Virus record (IMG/VR): IMGVR_UViG_2651869679_000001
Source: an uncultured virus (IMG/VR IMGVR_UViG_2651869679_000001)
Taxonomy: Duplodnaviria > Heunggongvirae > Uroviricota > Caudoviricetes
Strand: one strand, 5' to 3'
DNA length: 21,721 nucleotides
The notes beneath the pieces were generated by a model, which worked only from the letters and a program-made list of their open reading frames with translations, made no database searches and was not told where the DNA came from. Position 1 is the first letter of the stretch. Every line of letters starts with the position of its first letter. Positions 16,613-21,721 of this stretch are shown here, piece by piece. The translations under genes and the position numbers were made by a program.

Positions 16613-16825
16613 TTAACAAACTATTTCGAAATACCCTATAGTATGAAAATTCGCATTTACATTACCTTTTGTCTTTTCTTTATTAGTAAAGGAAAAACAT
16701 ATACTGCTCGCTGAACTACAACAATAAGGAGTAACACAACTAAGCATTTTTTCATAATTTATTTCTTCTATTTCTTTTTCAAAGTTTTTCTTACTATGGC
16801 CAATGTTTTTAAACTTAACCAACAT
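16613..16825 (-). CDS. Hypothetical protein
   Basis: ORF track; AAGGAGGG RBS. Confidence 0.7.
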   Translation of the reverse strand: MLVKFKNIGHSKKNFEKEIEEINYEKMLSCVTPYCCSSASSICFSFTNKEKTKGNVNANFHTIGYFEIVC

Positions 16826-16860
16826 TTAAATTCCCTCCTTTATTTTTGTACCTCTCCACC

Positions 16861-16970
16861 TCCTTGTAACTAAATCAACTAACTGTTATCGCAGTGGCCA
16901 TACATTTTATTTTGGTGTGGCTCTTATCTTCGCCTACTCCCGCTCTAATTAGTTCATTTAGTTACAAGGA
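16861..16970. ncRNA. Candidate structured RNA element (long closing stem, branched interior)
   Basis: TCCTTGTAACTAAAT/ATTTAGTTACAAGGA perfect 15 bp, one mismatch, then 6 more bp, with inner hairpins. Confidence 0.5.
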
Positions 16971-17047
16971 TTTGGTACTAATTACAGTGTTCTCGCATAT
17001 ACATAAACTAGAGAAGTATATGCATTTTTGCCTTAACAAAATTTTTT

Positions 17048-17066
17048 AAAAAGGCTTTTCAGCCTT
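17048..17066 (-). terminator. Intrinsic terminator after the excisionase
   Basis: AAGGCU-GAAA-AGCCUU-UUU on the minus strand. Confidence 0.6.
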
Positions 17067-17068
17067 GC

Positions 17069-17278
17069 TTAACCAATTTCATAATTCTTTGTATTATTTT
17101 CTATCCAAATCAACAAATCTTTTTTAGGTATTCTTATTTTTCTTTCCCCTAGTTTTAAAATTGGGAAATTTTTTTGGTATATCAACTCATACGCAGAATT
17201 TTTACCTATATTTAAAACTTTTCTCATTTGATCCACTGTAAGCATCATAGGTAACTGCTCAAACTCTTTTTCTGTCAT
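17069..17278 (-). CDS. Excisionase-like HTH (HTH_17) protein
   Basis: LPMMLTVDQMRKVLNIGKNSAYELI...FP.LK.G.RKIRIPK..L..WI; probable start 17278 by TAATG coupling. Confidence 0.85.
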   Translation of the reverse strand: MTEKEFEQLPMMLTVDQMRKVLNIGKNSAYELIYQKNFPILKLGERKIRIPKKDLLIWIENNTKNYEIG

Positions 17279-17490
17279 TACCACCACCTCCATAGTTCCT
17301 GCTCAATAATCTCATTTGGTGTAACTTTTAGTGCTTTACATAATCTACAAGTTACCTGTATTCCAGGATTTTTATATTTTTCTTCTTCCAGTTCTGTAAT
17401 ATAACCTCTAGCTACTTTACTTTTGTAACTCAATTTACTAATTGATAAGTTTCTCATTCTTCTATATTCTTTTGTTTTTAATACTGCCAT
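17278..17490 (-). CDS. XRE-family HTH regulator
   Basis: LSISKLSYKSKVARGYITELE...NPG....RLCKALKV. Confidence 0.85.
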   Translation of the reverse strand: MAVLKTKEYRRMRNLSISKLSYKSKVARGYITELEEEKYKNPGIQVTCRLCKALKVTPNEIIEQELWRWW

Positions 17491-17532
17491 TTTAGGGATT
17501 CCTCCTAAGATTTATTCCCCTCCATCTTACCC

Positions 17533-17724
17533 TTATTTATTTAAATCTCTAAGCGTTGCTAGTAAACATCTAGCTTCTAAAGTTTTTATAGTCTCTTCTA
17601 GTAATCTTTTAGTAAATACTGCAGTAACATCTATTCCTTTAAACTCTGTTTCTACAAGTTCTAATATTTTATCTATTGTTTCTTCTCTTTTCTCTTGTGT
17701 AACAGCTACTTTTATATCTTCCAT
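17533..17724 (-). CDS. Hypothetical protein
   Basis: Probable start MEDIK at 17724 with AGGAGG. Confidence 0.7.
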   Translation of the reverse strand: MEDIKVAVTQEKREETIDKILELVETEFKGIDVTAVFTKRLLEETIKTLEARCLLATLRDLNK

Positions 17725-17737
17725 ACTGCTACCTCCT

Positions 17738-17764
17738 AAAGGATTTTTTACATTTTTGTTGAAT
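17738..17764 (+). promoter_or_regulatory. SigH-like promoter
   Basis: AAAGGATTT...GTTGAAT, i.e. AGGA-N17-GAAT. Confidence 0.55.
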
Positions 17765-17790
17765 AATACCACTTGAAAGGTGGTATTTAA

Positions 17791-18030
17791 ATGAAAACTA
17801 AAATATACAATTTATCAGTTGAACGTATGAAACAATCTGAATTTGATGCAATTTACAATGAATTTACATCCTTAGGCTGGGAATATAACGGCAACTGGGA
17901 TCTTGCTAAAGTTCATACGTTTATTCAATTTGCTTGGAATAAATCAAGTGCTCCTATTTATCCAAAGGGATTTGAACCAAATAAAGACGTTGACCAAATT
18001 GACTTAAATAAATTTCCTCGGCCTCGCTAA
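17791..18030 (+). CDS. Counter-oriented moron, hypothetical protein
   Basis: RBS GAAAGGTGG; own promoter and downstream hairpin. Confidence 0.75.
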   Translation: MKTKIYNLSVERMKQSEFDAIYNEFTSLGWEYNGNWDLAKVHTFIQFAWNKSSAPIYPKGFEPNKDVDQIDLNKFPRPR

Positions 18031-18448
18031 AATTTCCAACCATAACAATAGGTATCCCATTATAGTTATTGATAGCATCATCATAGAATCTTTTATCAGT
18101 GGTTAGTATCAATCTCGAAAATGTATCTATCCTATATTCAGTTGTGTAATCGGGTTGCTCTTGAGCTGGTATCTCAGGAGCTTCTTTCGTTATTTCTAAA
18201 CTTTCAAATAACTCTTTAAGTATGAACAAAATTTCACTTTCTTCTGTAAAAGCTATTAATGAAGAATGCTCTTTGTTATAAATCCTAATAGCTCCATCAT
18301 CTAAGCCAAACATGATACTGTAATCATTGGATAACATCATACCCCTTTCAACAATAACTCCTACTTCATTTTCAACTACTGTATCAGAACAATATTCAAT
18401 TCCATCAACAAGCTTCCAAAACAACTTTTTAATTTCTACTTTGTTCAT
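17954..18448 (-). CDS. Hypothetical protein
   Basis: ORF track; GAGGAGG RBS; 3' end overlaps the plus-strand moron by 77 bp. Confidence 0.65.
   Translation of the reverse strand: MNKVEIKKLFWKLVDGIEYCSDTVVENEVGVIVERGMMLSNDYSIMFGLDDGAIRIYNKEHSSLIAFTEESEILFILKELFESLEITKEAPEIPAQEQPDYTTEYRIDTFSRLILTTDKRFYDDAINNYNGIPIVMVGNFSEAEEIYLSQFGQRLYLVQIPLDK
18157..18188 (+). terminator. Hairpin/terminator for the plus-strand moron transcript
   Basis: GCUCUUGAG-CUGGUAU-CUCAGGAGC-UUCUUUC; U-G pair favours the plus strand. Confidence 0.5.
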
Positions 18449-19267
18449 TTACATTGCCTCCTCATTAAGTGAATACAAGTTTTTAGCAAGTTCCCTTACA
18501 TCATTCTCATAAAGTTTACAAGCTATTTCATAAAGTTCTGGTATCTTATTCATGACCTTATCAATGTAGTCAACTTTACTTTTTAGCTTTGGTTTATGGC
18601 TTTTGTTATATTTCTCTAGTTTATTTTTTATACTTTCAATATGATACTTCATCTCAAATTGTTTATATAGTTCATTCCAACGTTCTCTATAATTTGCACC
18701 TTTGTACCTAACAACTCTATTTAATATTTGTCTTTTCTCTGCTAGTGATATTTCATCAACTAAACCTACAATTACATCTTCTTTATGTTCTATTTCTTTC
18801 TCTTTTAATGCTATAATCTCATTTTGCTTCCTTACAGTTTCTAAGGTGTTCCTGAAAACCATTTTACTTTGCTCATCCAAATAAGGTAGGTACGTATTAA
18901 TAAATAGGTCTTCGCTTGCAACATAACCACCAGTTTTCCTTATAGTTGGTAACACTTCATCGAATATCCAGCTTTCAAATTTTTCTGCTTTCTCTTTAAT
19001 TTTAGAATTCTTACTTTGGTCAGCTGCTTTGACTATAAGTCTGTAAATATCCCCTTCTGGAATAATATTTGTTTCCTGAACACCTCCTTGTGAAGGTATT
19101 CCCAACTTGGTAATGCCTTTGCAATGTTGAATTACTGCTTTGCTTGGATTAGCATATTCTAAAACTTTTGTTACATCAATACCTACTGCATATGGTTTGT
19201 TTTTAAACTTTATCATTCTTATTTCACCAAATTCCTTGTGCTTAAAAACCTGTAATTCGTTCCCCAT
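18449..19267 (-). CDS. BRO-N domain antirepressor
   Basis: F.HKEFGEIR, DV..VL.Y.NP..A, I.EGD.YRL, F..WIFDEVLPTIRKTGGY. Confidence 0.92.
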   Translation of the reverse strand: MGNELQVFKHKEFGEIRMIKFKNKPYAVGIDVTKVLEYANPSKAVIQHCKGITKLGIPSQGGVQETNIIPEGDIYRLIVKAADQSKNSKIKEKAEKFESWIFDEVLPTIRKTGGYVASEDLFINTYLPYLDEQSKMVFRNTLETVRKQNEIIALKEKEIEHKEDVIVGLVDEISLAEKRQILNRVVRYKGANYRERWNELYKQFEMKYHIESIKNKLEKYNKSHKPKLKSKVDYIDKVMNKIPELYEIACKLYENDVRELAKNLYSLNEEAM

Positions 19268-19320
19268 TTTTCCATCCTCCGTTTCCCTATTTAATTTTTA
19301 AGAAACTGCATAAAATATAA

Positions 19321-19560
19321 TTAAAATATATTCAAACTTAGCAATTTGCCAATATTATTATTAAAAAAAATTTCATCCATAGTTATTTCTGGTATGTGTT
19401 CTTTAAAAAATTCAGTAATTGTTATCATTTCTGTTTGTGTAAAATCTATTTTACCTACTTCTTTTCTGTTATAAGTAGATACACTTCTATTTATTACTTT
19501 TGCTACATCTTCTTGGTTTAGATTAAACATTCTTCTATAAGCTATTAATTTAGAATTCAT
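19321..19560 (-). CDS. Cro-like XRE HTH regulator
   Basis: LNQEDVAKVI....STY..KE.G..DF...E; divergent from the repressor. Confidence 0.9.
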   Translation of the reverse strand: MNSKLIAYRRMFNLNQEDVAKVINRSVSTYNRKEVGKIDFTQTEMITITEFFKEHIPEITMDEIFFNNNIGKLLSLNIF

Positions 19561-19707
19561 ATATTCACCTCCAATTCATTTAGCGTTTTGCTAACTTCAA
19601 CTTGATTATATATTAGCATATTGCCAAAGTCAATATATGTTTTAAACTATTTCGAAAAAATTATACATTTTGCTAAAATAGTTTTAAACTTATTAGCATA
19701 TTGTTAT
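19338..19707. promoter_or_regulatory. Five operator sites TTAGC-N5-GCYAA
   Basis: 19338 TTAGCAATTTGCCAA, 19580 TTAGCGTTTTGCTAA, 19613 TTAGCATATTGCCAA, 19662 TATACATTTTGCTAA, 19693 TTAGCATATTGTTAT. Confidence 0.8.
19605..19633 (-). promoter_or_regulatory. Lytic (cro) promoter
   Basis: TTGACT-N17-TATAAT with an operator filling the spacer. Confidence 0.85.
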
Positions 19708-19710
19708 AAT
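19682..19710 (+). promoter_or_regulatory. Repressor promoter
   Basis: Extended -10 TGtTATAAT at 19702-19710, overlapped by an operator. Confidence 0.7.
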
Positions 19711-19730
19711 ATATTAAAAGGAGGGTTCTT

Positions 19731-20141
19731 ATGGTTACGTTTGGAAATAGATTAAAAAAATTAAGAAAAGACAAAGGTTTAACTCAAGAAGAATTAGGTA
19801 AAATATTAAAAGTAACAAATGTAGCTGTAGCTAAATGGGAAAGTGATAACAGATTCCCAGATAAGGATCTATTAGTACAGATAGCTGATTACTTCAATAC
19901 ATCTTTAGATTACCTCCTTGGAAGAACTGAAAACATAGAAGGTATCATTCAAGAAGCAGATATAGATGGACATCATTATGAATTTGAATTAGATAAGAAA
20001 ATATTTCCTAATGGAATAACTAGGGAACAAATGATAGATTATATTAAAGAATTAGAAGAAAGAAATAAAGAACTAGAGAAGGAAGCTGAGTTATCTAGAA
20101 AACTCAAAAATCTTCTTTCTGAAAATAATAAAGAAGAGTAG
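19731..20141 (+). CDS. CI-like XRE repressor (no S24 peptidase domain apparent)
   Basis: LKKLRKDKGLTQEELG..L.V....V.KWE...R.PD...L..IADYF..SLDYLLGR; coiled-coil tail. Confidence 0.92.
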   Translation: MVTFGNRLKKLRKDKGLTQEELGKILKVTNVAVAKWESDNRFPDKDLLVQIADYFNTSLDYLLGRTENIEGIIQEADIDGHHYEFELDKKIFPNGITREQMIDYIKELEERNKELEKEAELSRKLKNLLSENNKEE

Positions 20142-20169
20142 TGGCCTAGAGCTAAAATATAAATGGCGT

Positions 20170-20252
20170 AAAGCTAACAAAGATAAAAAAAAGAATCTAA
20201 TGTTGTTATCAAGATAACATTATTGAATTCTTGAATCTTTGTTAGCTTTTTT
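20170..20252 (+). terminator. Long hairpin terminator after the repressor
   Basis: AAAGCTAACAAAGAT...ATCTTTGTTAGCTTT perfect 15 bp, inner stems, T-run. Confidence 0.65.
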
Positions 20253-20381
20253 ATTTTGTTTAAAAATGTAGAAAAATAAATTTTTAAGGGATAGCTTGTC
20301 CGAAAGTTCTGTATACAGACAATTACATTTTTAAAATAAATATGTAATAATTTTCGTATAAAGTAAATTTTATATTAAAAC

Positions 20382-20429
20382 TTGCAAATTTTATATAAAA
20401 ATATTAAAATATACTTGAACGCATGTTCG
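20382..20429 (+). promoter_or_regulatory. SigA promoter with LexA (Cheo) box
   Basis: TTGCAA-N17-TAAAAT, then TGAACGCATGTTCG (GAAC-N4-GTTC at 20417-20428) over the expected +1. Confidence 0.8.
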
Positions 20430-20453
20430 ATTAAGGAAAGGAGTCTTTAATTT

Positions 20454-20603
20454 ATGTTTAATTTTAGAGGGGTATTAAGTGTAAAAAAAGATGGGGAAAT
20501 AATATATAAAAATAATGAGTACTGTAAACTGAATAAGGGAGAAACTTCCTGTAAAAAATCCGTTGAGGATGAAGTAAAATCTATGCAGGAGGCTGATATA
20601 TAA
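20454..20603 (+). CDS. Small protein, 49 aa, coupled to the integrase (not in track)
   Basis: RBS AAAGGAG; MFNFRGVLSVKKDGEIIYKNNEYCKLNKGETSCKKSVEDEVKSMQEADI*; TAATG overlap with int. Confidence 0.7.
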   Translation: MFNFRGVLSVKKDGEIIYKNNEYCKLNKGETSCKKSVEDEVKSMQEADI

Positions 20604-21721
20604 TGCAAAATGTATTTATAAGAAAAAGAGGTAATAAACATGTCGTTACTTTGGAATATAGAGATAAACAAAGTGGCAAGAGAAAACAAAAGGCTCTTGG
20701 ATCTTATGATAAGAAAAAAGAGGCTGAAGATGCCTTAATAGAAGAAAAATCTAAAATTATTAATGGTAACTTTATTATTCCAGAAAAAATTACTTTTGAA
20801 CAATATTTAAAACAATGGTTAGAACAGCACAAAAACAATTTAAGTGTTACCACTTATACTAGATATAAATATATAATAGATAAACAAATAAGTCCTGACA
20901 TTGGCGAAATAGAACTACAAAAACTTACTCCTTTACATTTAGAAAATTTTTATTATTCTATGCTTAAAACATTAAATCCTAAAACTGTATTGCAATATCA
21001 TAGAGTAATACATAAGGCTTTAAATAAAGCTTATAAATTGCAAATCATAAATAAAAATATATCTAATCTAGTAGAATTACCTAAAATAAAAAAATATAAA
21101 GCTAAATCATTAACTATTAAAGAAGTTAAACAGTTTTTAGAAGTTTCTAAGGACACTAGGGTAGAAATACCTATTAATTTAGCTATTGTTCTGGGGTTAA
21201 GAGCTGCTGAAATACTAGGCCTATCTTGGGATAATGTTAATTTCTGTGAAAACACTATAGTTATATGTAAAACTTTAGTTAAGGATAAAATAAATAAAAC
21301 ATTGGTGTTTAAAGAACCTAAAAGTGAAACTTCCATAAGAACATTAACTGTACCTGAACAACTAATGAACTTGTTAAAAGAACATAAGAAAAAACAAAAA
21401 CAGTTACAATTAAAAAGTTATGGTGCTTTTAAAAATGAATTTAACTTGGTTTTTACCAAATTAAACGGTAACCCTATGGCCAGTGATAGTCTTAGTAGCA
21501 TATTTAGGGATTTTATAAATAGAAATAATCTACCTAATATAAGATTTCATGACTTACGCCACACTAATGCTACTCTTATGTTAGCTAGTGGCACTAGTAT
21601 GAAAGTAGCTTCTACTAGATTAGGGCATAGCACTATAGGTATAACAATGGACCTATATACACATGTCCTCCAAGGGTTGGAAAAAGAGGCAGCAAAAAAT
21701 ATATCAGATTTAATTTATTAG
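20603..21721 (+). CDS. int: Prophage tyrosine integrase with arm-binding domain
   Basis: N-terminal beta/arm domain, GLRAAE, PKS, RFHDLRHT, RLGH, TMDLY; TAG at 21719-21721. Confidence 0.97.
   Translation: MQNVFIRKRGNKHVVTLEYRDKQSGKRKQKALGSYDKKKEAEDALIEEKSKIINGNFIIPEKITFEQYLKQWLEQHKNNLSVTTYTRYKYIIDKQISPDIGEIELQKLTPLHLENFYYSMLKTLNPKTVLQYHRVIHKALNKAYKLQIINKNISNLVELPKIKKYKAKSLTIKEVKQFLEVSKDTRVEIPINLAIVLGLRAAEILGLSWDNVNFCENTIVICKTLVKDKINKTLVFKEPKSETSIRTLTVPEQLMNLLKEHKKKQKQLQLKSYGAFKNEFNLVFTKLNGNPMASDSLSSIFRDFINRNNLPNIRFHDLRHTNATLMLASGTSMKVASTRLGHSTIGITMDLYTHVLQGLEKEAAKNISDLIY

Larger units (their letters stand above)
1..21721. mobile_element. Temperate phage/prophage: lysogeny, early, replication and late-control modules up to the start of packaging
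   Basis: Canonical order int - cI/cro - antirepressor - xis - recombination - replication - late activator - terS. No host housekeeping genes seen. Confidence 0.97.

Noticed and set aside
16861..16970. tRNA, retron msr/msd or IS end
   Set aside because: No cloverleaf or T-loop motif, no reverse transcriptase or transposase in the window, and no target duplication seen.
1585..18884. Plus-strand track ORFs at 1585, 4037, 7567, 8889, 9106, 9575, 9896, 13737, 13876, 15018, 16131, 16395, 18327 and 18702
   Set aside because: Antisense shadows of clear minus-strand genes; Ser/Leu/Phe-rich with no recognisable motifs.
20296..20302. TTGTCCG matching the late-activator repeat near the int promoter
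   Set aside because: A single 7-mer without a tandem partner; likely chance.
20447..21336. Minus-strand ORFs 20447-20689 and 21031-21336
   Set aside because: Shadows of the 49-aa ORF and the integrase.

Overview
AT-rich temperate phage/prophage segment; the gene content and promoter types suggest a Clostridium host (inference). From right to left it holds a tyrosine integrase (20603-21721) behind a LexA-box promoter and an unannotated 49-aa ORF, then a cI/cro switch with five 15-bp operators. A long leftward early/middle region follows: BRO antirepressor, HTH and excisionase genes, an SMC/Rad50-like ATPase, YqaJ-RecT, an initiator with iterons plus a DnaC-like loader, a multi-HTH protein, a Spo0E-like peptide, MazG-like, HNH, DUF1064, a second tyrosine recombinase and an adenine methylase. 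The left end has a RinA/ArpU-type late activator, a PepSY moron and the start of the small terminase. The top candidate for novelty is the second recombinase, preceded by three small genes whose junctions carry dif-like 11-6-11 sites or CRYAAT half-sites, suggesting an integron/pdif-like gene-capture array. Also notable are several structured non-coding elements and three separate links to host sporulation.
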